A DNA stretch of 64,000 nt from Podarcis liolepis (taxonomy: Eukaryota): the NCBI GenBank assembly GCA_965112155.1, contig OZ218102.1. The stretch is one strand, 5' to 3'. Each line of letters starts with the position of its first letter. The stretch's first letter is position 1. The notes beneath the pieces were generated by a model. That model was not told where the DNA came from, searched no databases, and saw only the letters and a program-made list of their open reading frames with translations. This document shows positions 52,501 through 64,000 of the stretch, one piece after another. A program made the position numbers and the translations under genes.

Positions 52501-52841
52501 TCCTTCCATACACCCATTCTGGCAGCAAAGTGATGCTTCTGTCCTCCTGGTGGTGGCAGCTGGTGGAAGACCAGTATTGCTGAGCAGAGGGACACCACCT
52601 AATTCATCCCCTCTGAGCCTAGCACAAAGGGAGTTTGGACTACTCTTCAAGAGAGGAAAGCTAAGTGTTGGCCAAAACTGCATAAAGAGCAGCTATTGTA
52701 TAGATAAATAATATGCTAGAATTCAGGTATAGGCAATCATGAAAACATTTTGCAGCTATTTCTCAAAGCTAAATATGGCTAAAGAGGAAGCTGGACTTGC
52801 ACAAAGCATAAAAAGTAATTCATGGTCTTGTATTTTTTAAG

Positions 52842-52874
52842 TTGCAGCAACCTCAGCAAACTCTTCTAACCCAG
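52842..52874 (+). CDS. CCAR1: CCAR1 exon 5 (33 nt)
   Basis: tttaag|TTG..CAG|gttagt; encodes LQQPQQTLLTQ. Confidence 0.9.
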
Positions 52875-54196
52875 GTTAGTTTTATTATAGCTTTCATCAC
52901 TATAATAAATTTGCCTGTGCACTTGTCAGCTCTGCTTTTGTTTAAAGTTTTAAACATAATGGTACCTTTATTATGTCTCATGTAATACAGACAACTGGTA
53001 GTTCAGTCCAATGTGTTCTTTATCCCTTTGATTACCTCCCCCTCCCAAACCAAAATATAAGTGCCCTTGTAGTTCTACTGTTATAGAGAGATATTAATTT
53101 CATGTCATTAGAAGGGGTATTTCTAATGCATATTTTCTCTTAGACTTCTGTTGATGCTTTTAAGTTTTTAGATGATTAAGACTAGAAACTTAGGCTGCCA
53201 TTCTGTGCACACTTACTGCGAAGTAATCTCTATTGAATATGATGAAATTTACTTCTAAGTAAACCTGCATAGGATTGTGCTGTAAGCAGTATACAGATAT
53301 TTGGAGAGACTTTTCTTAGGACAGGAAAGTAATTATTTTATGTTCATAAAAAGTAGTGGACAAAAGGTACGTACATCCCCCCCAGTAAGGCAGCCTATAT
53401 TGCACTTGAAAATTCTGAAACATTTTGCAGCAATATAAGATATTCATTCATATTTTTGTCTGTGTGCTATTCTTTCAGAAAACATTTTAAACATATGTTT
53501 CAATGTGCATAACCACTTTAGGGAGGTCAAAATATAGCATAGGAAAGAATAGGTTGCCGAAAAGATCATTGACACAAATTAAATAATAGAAGCAAAATTT
53601 AAAATCTGGAAATGTTCTTGGGAAACATCGATTACATAGCAACTGAAAAACAATCTCTGCTTCCAGATCATGATTGGTGCTAGTCTGAAGGCATTTCTGT
53701 GTTCTGATGTGCATTTACAGTTTTCATGTTTGAGGTTATTTTTATAGAAATACAAATAAGCCTACAGTTTGATGAAATGATTTGGAAGAAATGGCTACCA
53801 TAATAAGCAGGTGGGGTTTTGATATATTGGTTGAACCAGCTTGTGCAACTGCGGTTTGATAGGAGAAAAATCAAGGTTTATCTGTTTTTTCTCCCCCAAT
53901 GTAAAAAGGTATAGTTTTTTGCACTTCGTACAATACAACTTTAGTTCAAAATAATTTTTCAGAGTGTGTGGCCTTTGACACCTGAGACATATTTTCAGAC
54001 CCCACCCTATTCCTGTGGATGTAATTTTTAAAAACATTTTAAATATTGAATTTTAAATTGCTGGGACCTGATGGTGAAGAATGGGTAATAAATTGAAAAA
54101 ATACAAATTATTATTATTATTATTATCATTATTTCAGCTATACTATTTAGAAGATTGTCAATGCTTACATAATTTCATGTTTTCTTTTGCACACAG

Positions 54197-54390
54197 CCAG
54201 CTGTGGCACTGCCAACAAGCCTTAGCCTGTCTACTCCTCAGCCAGCAGCACAGATAACTGTTTCTTATCCAGCACCTCGGTCAAGTCAGCAGCAGAGCCA
54301 ACCACAGAAGCAGCGTGTCTTTACTGGAGTAGTTACCAAGCTACATGACACGTTTGGTTTTGTGGATGAAGATGTATTCTTCCAGCTCAG
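54197..54390 (+). CDS. CCAR1: CCAR1 exon 6 (start of S1-like RNA-binding domain)
   Basis: Encodes PAVALPTSLSLSTPQ..KQRVFTGVVTKLHDTFGFVDEDVFFQL; AG/GT sites. Confidence 0.96.
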
Positions 54391-54519
54391 GTAACTTAAT
54401 TCTACCATACGGGGACAAGTGGTGATACTGATAAAATGCATGAGAAATAATATAGAGAAAGAAGTTTATCGAGAATTATGGTAGTGTGGTGTCTAATCAT
54501 GTGACTCTTCATTTTGCAG

Positions 54520-54634
54520 TGCTGTGAAAGGGAAGAGTCCTCAAGTAGGAGACAGAGTTTTGGTAGAAGCAACATATAACCCTAATATGCCTTTCAAATG
54601 GAATGCGCAGAGAATTCAGACTCTACCAAATCAG
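54520..54634 (+). CDS. CCAR1: CCAR1 exon 7
   Basis: Encodes AVKGKSPQVGDRVLVEATYNPNMPFKWNAQRIQTLPNQ; AG/GT sites. Confidence 0.96.
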
Positions 54635-54717
54635 GTATATACAGCCACTCAGTCTGACTCTTGTCGGCACCTTTAGTGTAAAGCTGATTCACAAGTTGTT
54701 CCCTTTTTCCTCATTAG

Positions 54718-54910
54718 AACCAGACTCAAACCCAGCCTCTACTCAAGACTCCTCCACCTGTACTTCAGCCTATTGCACAGCAGACTGCATTCAGTGTGCA
54801 GCCACAGCCACAGCCACAGTCGCTGCTACAGGCACAGATATCAGCGGCTTCTATTACACCTTTGCTTCAGACACAACCACAGCCTTTGTTACAACAGCCA
54901 CAGCAGAAAG
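54718..54910 (+). CDS. CCAR1: CCAR1 exon 8
   Basis: Encodes NQTQTQPLLKTPP..LLQQPQQK; AG/GT sites. Confidence 0.95.
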
Positions 54911-56986
54911 GTATTTCTTCAGTACTTGACATATATTGGATGTTTTCTTTTAAAAAAAATGTAGAAGAATATAACTGACTGAATAGTATCAAGGCTATAT
55001 GGTCTTCAGTTTGCCTTGTAGCTGTAGTGCAAGAGAGATACTACATTCTGAAATCAGAATAAACCATGATATGTTGTTATGGGAACTTCAGGCTTGCATA
55101 TTCCCACACACGCAGGGTATAGTTGTTAAAGCTTCCAATTGCTGTTTGTAACCACAATTTCCAATTTTATCCCAGTATGGAAAACTTTTTACAAACCATA
55201 GTTATTTAACCAGGTTCAATTCTCATTTAAATAGCTATGAAATGTATAAACCATACATTCCCATATTCAGATGAAATGGGAAACTGCCTTGTTGCAAACT
55301 GCAATGGGAAGTCTTGTGTGCAAAAGTTGGGAATGTAGCTCATAAACCTGACATTCACCATAGCACATTCTCATAATGTTAAACTGGTTTATTATAGCAT
55401 TGGAATGTAGAACCCAGCCACACATTTTGTAATCAAGGTTCTCTGTGGATATTCTATGATTTTGTTTATAACTATGGTCTAAACTTTGTTTGTGTTGCCT
55501 GTTAGTATCCATAATATATATGTATTTTAACATCAGCTGTAGAATACCTTGCTTCATCCTTCTAAAGAATAAAAATGAGCCCCTCCATGGGCCTCCATAA
55601 AAAAAGTTGTAGCACCAGAATTCATAATCACTTTGCAGTTACTTCTTGCATAAAATAGGTTGGCATTAGGGCTGGTAAATTGACTAGTTCTGTGGTTTCT
55701 GAAGAGGTAAATAAAAAAGATGGGTGTCTTTCATATAGAGCCTTAACCTTCAAGAGAACCTATTTAGTGTCTACATAGAAACTGTTGATGTTTTGGACTT
55801 TACTTGAGCAATCTGAATTAAGGAGAAGTTACCTTGTTTGGTTTGGTTTTAAATCTGCTTTGCCCGCATGTTCTTTCTTAGGCCTCCTTCTGCTCTGTGG
55901 ACTTTGTATTTGCTTGCACTATTTCTGAGGCTCATCCTGTTGTGTGACATCTGGCACAATTGCATGCTGTTATATGCTCTGGTAGACATTTTCTTGAGTA
56001 CAGTACTGTTGCTCAGTCTTCTTTCCTACAGCTTGAGTCTAATCTATAGACCTCTTTTCCTTTGCTGCAGAGAACTGTGGATTGCCCACTTGATGAGAGT
56101 AACCTCTATCTGTTGTACATGTTGTAATTTATGGCATTGCCCTCTCACAGTGCTTAATGAGGCAATCATTGTGGAGTTATAGCAACAGAAATGATAGATT
56201 GTTGATGATTTGAGGGCCAGTTCAGACTACTTGGCAATTATTTGTGACCTTTTCCTCCCCATCTTGTGTGTTCTTGTGAACAACGGTCATGCTTGAGGGC
56301 AAGCTGCATGTCTCTGGATGCTTACTGATTAACAGTGACTCTCCAGCATGTAGTCACTGCCTGATTACGTGCACTTGCTTCCCTATCAGATATTGAGAAG
56401 TGTTAAGCAGGGGGCATGTGATGAACAAACAGCCTTCAGAACAAACAGTGAGGACTGGCCTTCAGAATAAACAGCAAGAGCAGTATTTTGTTGAAATGGA
56501 CACTGATTTACACCCCACATTGCTGGAAACTGAATGGTTGAGTCAAAATCTTCCAGCATGTTAATATTTTCTGAGTAATGTAGGTTTAAAGCATTCAGTC
56601 AATATAATGTTCTCTTGAACCATTTTGTTCAGAGTTGTGTCCCTCCACTTGAATTCTGTTAAAGTGAAACTAGCTGCATATCCCAGTATGATGAGGCTTG
56701 CATTGAGGAAGAAAAATTCATCATCTTGCCTATATAATTTGAAGAGATAAATGAATGCATCCCATTGTATTAAATATGAGAAACCTTATGTTGCTTATAC
56801 CTATTGTTATTAGCTGATTGTTGGATTGCTGCCACATTCATTTCTGCAAAACAAATGAGCAAATATTCTATGCTATTAAAAAAGCATGAAAACGGATAGT
56901 CCAAGAAATAAGCTACATTTTTGTGTTATAGTTTGCTTACTGATATGAAATTCTTAAGAACTTGTGGGATTTTTTCCCCCTCCTAG

Positions 56987-57116
56987 CTGGTTTGCTGCAG
57001 CCCCCTGTTCGAATAGTTTCACAGCCTCAGCCAGCACGGAGATTAGATCCACCACCCAGATTTTCAGGGCGAAATGACAGAGGAGACCCCATGGCTAACA
57101 GAAAAGATGACAGAAG
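56987..57116 (+). CDS. CCAR1: CCAR1 exon 9
   Basis: Encodes GLLQPPVRIVSQPQPARRLDPPPRFSGRNDRGD..KDDR; AG/GT sites. Confidence 0.95.
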
Positions 57117-57339
57117 GTGTGATACAAAAATTCCTCTCAATTTTCTGTACATATTACAGACAGCAAATAATTTAAGTATTTGAAGTTTGAATGTAAGTAC
57201 TGTTCAGTTTTGTTAATGATGATTTGAGAATGGAAGTTCTGTATGTTTTGATGTTGGTTCTAGAGTTATAGGCATGTGAGCTCTGCGTTCATAATGGTAG
57301 ACGCTAAAACAAGACATTTATATTTCACACATGGTTAAG

Positions 57340-57501
57340 TCGTGAAAGGGAGCGTGAGAGACGTAGGTCACGGGAAAGATCACCCCAGAGAAAACGCTCT
57401 AGAGAAAGATCACCTCGGCGAGAGAGGGAACGATCACCCCGAAGACCCCGACGTGTTGTACCCCGTTACACGGTCCAGTTTTCCAAGTTCTCATTAGATT
57501 G
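57340..57501 (+). CDS. CCAR1: CCAR1 exon 10 (RS/RE-rich)
   Basis: Encodes RERERERRRSRERSPQRKRSRERSPRR..VVPRYTVQFSKFSLD; weak acceptor ggttaag, donor TG|gtatgt. Confidence 0.94.
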
Positions 57502-58679
57502 GTATGTTATCTTGGTGTCAAATTGCGATTTCATATTTTTTCTGTGGAAGGTATCTTACTGCCATGAAATAAGGATGCATTAAATAAACCCAAGAGATTG
57601 AAACATAGCTTCATTTTTGTTGACTTTAAAGTTACTAAAAGTAACTCAGTTTTACTTGAATGTTGTTCTTTCTCCATCCACCTCCATCTACTGTAGACAG
57701 AATATTTTGTGCAAATTAAGGAGATGTGCTTTCTAAACTTTCAGCTGCACAATGACCCTCTTTGTATTACACATGTTTACAAGCGTGTAGGGTGGCTGTG
57801 GACATTGTGCAGGAATTTTGGAGCCAGATATGTTGCAAAGTGGAGAGCTGAAACAGTTTACCTGGCAATAAAGCATTAGCTAATCTATAAGATGTTGCAA
57901 GTTGGGTGCAGAATTCAGTGCTTTCAGAATCTCAACTTTAATTTGAAAGAACGTGTTTCTAACCCTTGAAGGGGAGAACAAAGGCTTGAAAATGTGAAGG
58001 AAATGCAGTATTTTCATGACTGGTATAGGCTATAGAATTCTGAGAAATCTATGGTACTTTATTATATGATGCATTAAGGGTATGCACCTTAAGAGTGTAC
58101 TTTCAGTTTATCATGATAAAACAGGGAGTTTCTGCCCAACCTCGGCTAAAGCCTGATCAGGGCTGGACTGTGGTGATTTCCATTTACTCTGACAGTTGCC
58201 TAACTGTTCAACAGCTTCTGGAAAAGCAACTTGCCCTAAAACAAAAAAATGGTGTTGGTTGGGTTTATTTGTTTGTTTGTTGACTGATTAAAACATTTTT
58301 GGATATTTCTGATACTTGATAAAAGTTTAATGGCTGTGACAAAAAGTACCTTAGCTTCCACAAAGGGCTGAACCAAACTTTTGTGAGTCTTGACTTTTGT
58401 TTCAAAATTTGCATGTTCTGTTTCAGAGAACGTTTCAACAAGCAAAAACAAAACAAAACCAAATTACCCAAAATTAAGTTACTGTATTTTTCTTCCGAGA
58501 TGTGGACACTAACGGCTCTGAGCTCTGCGAAAGCCTCCAAAGGCTGGCTTTTGATGTTCTAAGGAACTGTGCATTGTTGCAGCTGCAGCCCATTGGGCAC
58601 AGTTCAGGGGAAGCTCTTTGGCCTTGAGAAAAAAAGGAGCTTTCCAAACAGCAGTTGCTGGAAACCACAGGAGCCGAGA

Positions 58680-58796
58680 GAGTGCTCTTGTGCTCATGTT
58701 GTGCTCCCTGGTTTCCCAAAGGCATTTGGTTGACCTAGATAGTCTGGACTAGGTGGGCCATTAGCCTGATCCAGCAGCCTCGTCGTATGTTCCTAT
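58680..58796 (+). mobile_element. CR1 3' tail remnant
   Basis: CTGGACTAGGTGGGCCATTAGCCTGATCCAGCAG..ATGTTCCTATG, similar to 33110-33162. Confidence 0.6.
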
Positions 58797-59328
58797 GAGC
58801 TCTGCAATCCCTGAGCATGTATGATCAAACTGAGGAAGTTCCCTGACATGAACAAACTAAAGCTTATGCAGAGTTCCTTTCCATATACAACTTGAGTGTT
58901 TGCTCTTCCACCCAACCACAAACCCTTGTGACTGTAATAAGGTGGGCTATATCTGAGCTCTTGCCAGTCCAACTCCTTCACTTCCAAGGCTTGGGAGCTT
59001 CCTGAGCTGGGCCCACTGTGCTAGCTCAGTGACGGCAGTTTCCCAGAGCCTTAAAAACCAGCCTTTGTTTTGTTTGCTTGTTCGTTTGTTTCACACAGCT
59101 CTATATAAACAGATTAGAATTGAGGACTTGGATGAAAAACAGACAATACTACAAGGAGCAGTAAAATCCACACACAAAATGGAGCTACTTCTCAGTAATG
59201 TCAAAAGTAGAAGCAAAACTATAAAAAGAGTGTTTGAGCTCAGTTCTCATTCTACATCTTGCTACAAATTTGCTTTTAAGCCCCAGCTCTTTTTATTGTT
59301 GTAAAATATATTTTCTTACTGTTTAAAG

Positions 59329-59554
59329 CCTTAGCTGTGATATGATGGAACTGCGACGGCGATATCAGAACTTGTACATCCCAAGTGACTTCTTTGATGC
59401 TCAGTTTACATGGGTGGATGCATTTCCTATGTCAAGACCATTTCAGCTAGGAAACTACTGCAATTTCTATGTAATGCATAGAGAGGTAGATCCTTTGGAT
59501 AAGAACACTTCTGTACTGGATCCACCAGATGCTGATCATCTTTACAGTGCAAAG
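59329..59554 (+). CDS. CCAR1: CCAR1 exon 11
   Basis: Encodes LSCDMMELRRRYQNLYIPSDFFDAQFTW..DADHLYSAK. Confidence 0.96.
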
Positions 59555-60102
59555 GTATGTCCAACAACCTAAATCATTCCTGCTTGCATAGAAATGTTTG
59601 GAAATGCTTCTTTGAAGGGATTCCCATTGTCTTCTGTGCATAGGTTTCCAGTGATGTTACCTTTGTCGCAAATCTTGACTGAACAGTAAACTCAGTTGGA
59701 CCAGATTCAGTTTCAACTATTTTTTTCCAGAGTGGGTGACATCTTTCCACGGATTCTTTAGTTGGGCCCTTGATTCATGTTGTGTGTGCATAAAATCTTG
59801 GCAAGATTGCAACGAACTGTATGTGGCAATTCAAGAAGCTTTGGATCTGCAGGCTACTTTAGACAAGTCTTATTTTGTGCTTTGGGCATGTTAGATGCTG
59901 TTAGAAATTTAAAATCAAGTGATGATTTCATTGATATTTTCGGATATTTAACCCTTCAAAATAGGTGTATCTTTTTTTGACTTTATGCATTATTCTAGTC
60001 CTGTTGAGTTTAGCAGTTAAGTGTAAGATACCAAGCTTTGAATCATAGCTTCGTTATGTTGTCTTGTCTTTTTTTTTTTTTTTTGTCATATTACTTTAAC
60101 AG

Positions 60103-60216
60103 GTGATGCTCATGGCCAGTCCTAGCATGGAAGATCTCTATCACAAATCATGTGCTCTTGCTGAAGATCCACAAGAGCTTCGGGATGGTTTTCAACATCC
60201 CGCTAGACTCATAAAG
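60103..60216 (+). CDS. CCAR1: CCAR1 exon 12
   Basis: Encodes VMLMASPSMEDLYHKSCALAEDPQELRDGFQHPARLIK. Confidence 0.96.
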
Positions 60217-60961
60217 GTAAAAATATGCATTTCTAGCAAACAAACATAAACTTGAAAATTTTGCTGGAAAATTAATGCAGGTACAAGCGTTCCACATAGT
60301 TTTCTTTATCTTGGGGACATAGAATTCCTATATGGACACAAATAATTACTTTTGAAATGTGTTTTATATATTATTCTTACAGGAGGCCCCCTGTAGTCTC
60401 CCATCCAAATTATTAACATGGTTTGCATGTTTTTTGCTCTCAGCACTGCTGAAGCATGTGGTCTTCCAAACCATTTATAAGACTAGTTTCATTTTTTAAA
60501 ATGGACTTAGATCTATTGCATTGGAGAAATGAGCAGGAGGAGAGAAGGTTCTCGCCAATGCCCCCTGCTCCCAAACTGTTCTGGATCTTCCGTGAGACTT
60601 TGTTCACACAACAGAATCTTTAGATCCAAGCTAGTAAAGTGTTTTGTGCGTCTTGAAAGCAAATAACATCACCTTGAGAGAAATGTGGTGGGGAGGGGGT
60701 TCCCATATACTGAAACCATCAGTATAATCCTATGCATATTTACTATGAAGCAAGTTCTCATTTTCTCCATTGGAACCTACTTCCAAGAAAATACCTTCTT
60801 ATGTTTCTGGCTAAAATACTTTTAAACTCTCAAGGTTATGTCAGTGAACGTTTATACAATTCTATAAGCCCCTGATTTTACAGTATAGAATATTATTTTA
60901 ATCTGTTGTTTAAAGCATTTTTATATGATGACAAACTGTTCTGAAGTCTTGCAGAATGAAT

Positions 60962-61024
60962 GAGTAATGATGTTTAAACCTATTCCATTACTGAAATGCA
61001 ATGTGGAAAAAAGAAACTGAACTC
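60962..61024 (+). ncRNA. SNORD98: Box C/D snoRNA SNORD98 (HBII-419), intronic in CCAR1
   Basis: C box ATGATGT, D' box CTGA at 60991, D box CTGA at 61017, terminal stem GAGT/ACTC. The guide CCTATTCCATTA is complementary to 18S rRNA UAAUGGAAUAGG (G867 in human numbering). CCAR1 is the known host gene. Confidence 0.92.
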
Positions 61025-61239
61025 ATTCTTGAGCAAGACTTAGGCTGCAAAACTGTATTCACTTACCTGGGATTATGCCCATGGTAGTCATGTATAGAAT
61101 TGTGCTGTCATTCTTGCAGATTAGGGATAACTGCTTGTGATGGCATGTAATCTGACAAACAGGTATGTGTAATTTTAATGGGTTGTATCCAATGCAGAAT
61201 GGACTTCATCACTCTCCAGGGTTTTGGGAGACTGTAGGG

Positions 61240-61376
61240 CAGGCTTCCTTAACTTCGGCCCTCCAGATGTTTTTGAGACTACAGTTCCCATCATCCCTGA
61301 CCACTGGTCCTGCTAGCTTGGGATCATGGGAGTTGTAGGCCAAAAACATCTGGAGGGCCGAGGTTGAGGAAGCCTG
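61240..61376. mobile_element. hAT MITE, near-perfect hairpin
   Basis: Arms CAGGCTTCCTTAACTTCGGCCCTCCAGATGTTTTTG / CAAAAACATCTGGAGGGCCGAGGTTGAGGAAGCCTG; perfect 8-bp TSD CTGTAGGG. Confidence 0.92.
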
Positions 61377-61518
61377 CTGTAGGGCATTCAGAAGAAGAAA
61401 GTGGAGTCCAGTTGAACAGTCGGAAATCATCGCAGCATAGGATTCTACCCTTTTTTTGCAGTTTGGATAATCTTTTTTTTCTTGGAAGGAAAGTGCTAAG
61501 TAGCCTTTTCTTCTCTAG

Positions 61519-61685
61519 TTTTTAGTGGGTATGAAAGGTAAAGATGAAGCCATGGCTATTGGTGGACACTGGTCTCCCTCACTGGATGGACCTGAGCCGG
61601 AGAAGGACCCATCTGTGCTGATTAAAACTGCCATCCGTTGTTGCAGGGCTCTAACAGGGATTGATTTAAGTGTATGCACACAATG
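61519..61685 (+). CDS. CCAR1: CCAR1 exon 13 (DBC1/Nudix-like domain)
   Basis: Encodes FLVGMKGKDEAMAIGGHWSPSLDGPEPEKDPSVLIKTAIRCCRALTGIDLSVCTQW. Confidence 0.96.
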
Positions 61686-62371
61686 GTAAGTACTACATTC
61701 TTAAAAACATTTTGATGAAATAGCAGCATGCTTAAAATCCTGATGGAAATGATTTGGGCAAAATCAACCACTTCTTTATCAGCAGCTGGTAGTAGCTGTG
61801 CAGGCAACTACTCAAAAGTGATATCCTAGTTGACAACGCAAATGTGATTTTGGTGCCAAAAGGTTTGAAGAACAATGAACTTTAAATAATGTGTTTGTAT
61901 TTGTTGTTTGAACTTTGCAATGCTTGTATGTTAAAATATTCTTTCATTTCACGCATAGCTGGAGGAGATCGCCAAGGAAACTTCATTTCATTATTCTCGT
62001 GTTTATAAATAATTAGATGTTTGGGGCAGCCATATTTTCTCTTGGTCGATTTTCTACTTGTGTTAATCAGCTGTCGATCGCTTTGTGAATGAGCACCTTC
62101 CAACAATAAATACAAAAAAAAGAGTTCCACTTTTATCTTTTATTTCCTCCCGAGTCAGATGAAATGGCACATTTTAGTGCCAAGTGCAAAAACAATTGCC
62201 TTCAGCTTTTTTAGTATTAAATTTATTCCCTAGCAGATGTCTTATAATGCATCGTACACAAGTTTTTCAAAGAGAACATATGGCTTTCATATTTTTTTTC
62301 TTTAGAAAAAATTCAGGTTGTCGCAGCAAAGTTGCTTTACTTGATGTGCTACAGTGATCTAGGCTCTGTAA

Positions 62372-62671
62372 NNNNNNNNNNNNNNNNNNNNNNNNNNNNN
62401 NNNNNNNNNNNNNNNNNNNNNNNNNNNNNNNNNNNNNNNNNNNNNNNNNNNNNNNNNNNNNNNNNNNNNNNNNNNNNNNNNNNNNNNNNNNNNNNNNNNN
62501 NNNNNNNNNNNNNNNNNNNNNNNNNNNNNNNNNNNNNNNNNNNNNNNNNNNNNNNNNNNNNNNNNNNNNNNNNNNNNNNNNNNNNNNNNNNNNNNNNNNN
62601 NNNNNNNNNNNNNNNNNNNNNNNNNNNNNNNNNNNNNNNNNNNNNNNNNNNNNNNNNNNNNNNNNNNNNNN
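62372..62671. other. Run of 300 N (gap or masked); expected to contain CCAR1 exon 14
   Basis: Exon 13 ends in phase 2 and exon 15 starts in phase 0. The conserved YRFAEIRYHRP..ADGEQ segment is not found in the called bases. Confidence 0.85.
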
Positions 62672-63258
62672 GGCGCAGGAACACAGGCACAAATGCACAC
62701 CACATGCTACACCGCAAACATACCTAGGAGGAACATAATTGGTAACAATGACTGGTAAACCAGCTTTCAGCAGTGTAGAACTTACTTGTGTTTAATTACA
62801 GCTAGTGTACCAACTTAAGTGTAGACTGATGCAACAAGTGGAATTTAAGCTGTGCGCTCCGTGCACAAATCTTTGTAATCTTAGAACTAGTTGCTGGAAT
62901 CTGGGACCAGTTATTGAGTTAAGATTTCAGTTTTAAAAGTTGTGTTAAGCATTTTGCCGTTCTACCAAAAAACAAAAAACTTTTATTTTTTCTCCCATGT
63001 GTTAGCCTTTTAAAAAATAATTTTAATAATGGTACTTTGAAATAGGCAAGACATTGAAATAACATAGCCTAAAAGAATCTTATCTGGCTGATTGGCAACT
63101 TGGTAAATGTAAAAAGGTCTAACAAAATGAGGAGTATTTTGGGTGGTTTGAAAATTGGGGGATATCATACACTGTGTGGTTGGTGGTGACCAGCAGTGTC
63201 TGTGTGTCCCCGATGATCTTTGTGTTGTTGTTCTTTATCACCCTTTTGTGTTTCACAG

Positions 63259-63334
63259 AGATGGCTCTTATTGGCTGATGAGAGAGGCACTGTTATAAAC
63301 TAGTAGAATGTGTGTATGTGGCTTTGTTGAAATG
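63259..63334 (+). other. CCAR1: Candidate CCAR1 poison cassette exon (76 nt)
   Basis: Acceptor cccttttgtgtttcacag|AG and donor ATG|gtaact; stop codons in all three frames. Confidence 0.6.
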
Positions 63335-63461
63335 GTAACTTTAGGAGAAGACTGTCTGATGAAACAGTTGTGGCCTTGCCCAGGTCAGCTGCAGAATTTA
63401 AGAAAGAATCATATTCATTTTGAAGCTTTCTGAAGGATGATGACTTTATTTCATTTTTTAG

Positions 63462-63545
63462 GATGAAGAGGAGAAGGATGATGGGGAAGCAAAAGAGATT
63501 TCTACTCCTACTCATTGGTCCAAACTTGACCCAAAGGCAATGAAG
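63462..63545 (+). CDS. CCAR1: CCAR1 exon 15
   Basis: Encodes DEEEKDDGEAKEISTPTHWSKLDPKAMK; AG/GT sites. Confidence 0.96.
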
Positions 63546-63870
63546 GTAAGCTGAAGACTTCAGGATGTTTATATTACATTACAAAGTCTAGTAAATATTG
63601 CAGTATTGTTTCTTTTCTGAAGATAGTACAGCTATTGAGAATTTGTGTTGCTTTGATCTTTTTAAATGAGTGAAATCTTTGAAAATCACTGATACACATT
63701 ATATTGGGGCAAATGTATTATGAATTTTTACAAAATGAAGCTTTGTGATTTTTGCCAAGTTTTGCTTGCCTTATATTTCAGTAATTTGAGATGTGCTTGT
63801 CTCTGAATAGGTTTGATTATATAAGTACAAAATTGTGAATTGAAGGCTCACTGTAATATTTATCAACTAG

Positions 63871-64000
63871 GTTAATGACTTACGCAAAGAATTAGAAAGC
63901 CGAACTCTTAGCTCAAAGGGCTTGAAATCCCAGCTGATAGCCCGACTAACAAAGCAACTCAAAGTGGAAGAGCAGAAGGAAGAACAGAAAGAATTGGAGA
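63871..64000 (+). CDS. CCAR1: CCAR1 exon 16 (SAP domain), runs off the window
   Basis: Encodes VNDLRKELESRTLSSKGLKSQLIARLTKQLKVEEQKEEQKELE. Confidence 0.96.

Noticed and set aside
62267-62727. ORFs spanning X residues
   Set aside because: Artefacts of the N run.
1-64000. CRISPR array, operon or other prokaryote-type system; functional tRNA or rRNA genes
   Set aside because: This is intron-exon eukaryotic DNA with no regularly spaced repeats. The tRNA-like and 5S-like segments are SINE heads.

Overview
Vertebrate nuclear DNA from a squamate reptile, probably a lacertid lizard (Sauria SINEs, a BovB/RTE fragment, CR1 and L2 LINE remnants, Tc1/mariner and hAT MITEs). It holds two tandem + strand genes in the same order as in mammals. 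(1) The 3' part of TET1: nine coding exons at 5989-30427 that splice into one open frame of 1611 codons plus stop, with the Sin3-interaction helix, Cys-rich domain, DSBH catalytic residues and OGT-binding tail. A possibly ~13 kb 3'UTR follows. (2) The 5' part of CCAR1: CpG-island promoter, non-coding exon 1, and coding exons 2-13 and 15-16; exon 14 must lie in a 300-N gap. The C/D snoRNA SNORD98 sits in CCAR1 intron 12. I found no new multi-gene system. The best leads are regulatory: two stop-containing cassette-like exons in CCAR1 intron 14, a spliced uORF in CCAR1, a 105-bp in-frame duplication beside the TET1 Sin3 motif, possible short or truncated TET1 isoforms, and miR-26/miR-29 seeds spread to a distal poly(A) signal. 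Exon numbers follow human homology, and human comparisons are from memory, not from a search.
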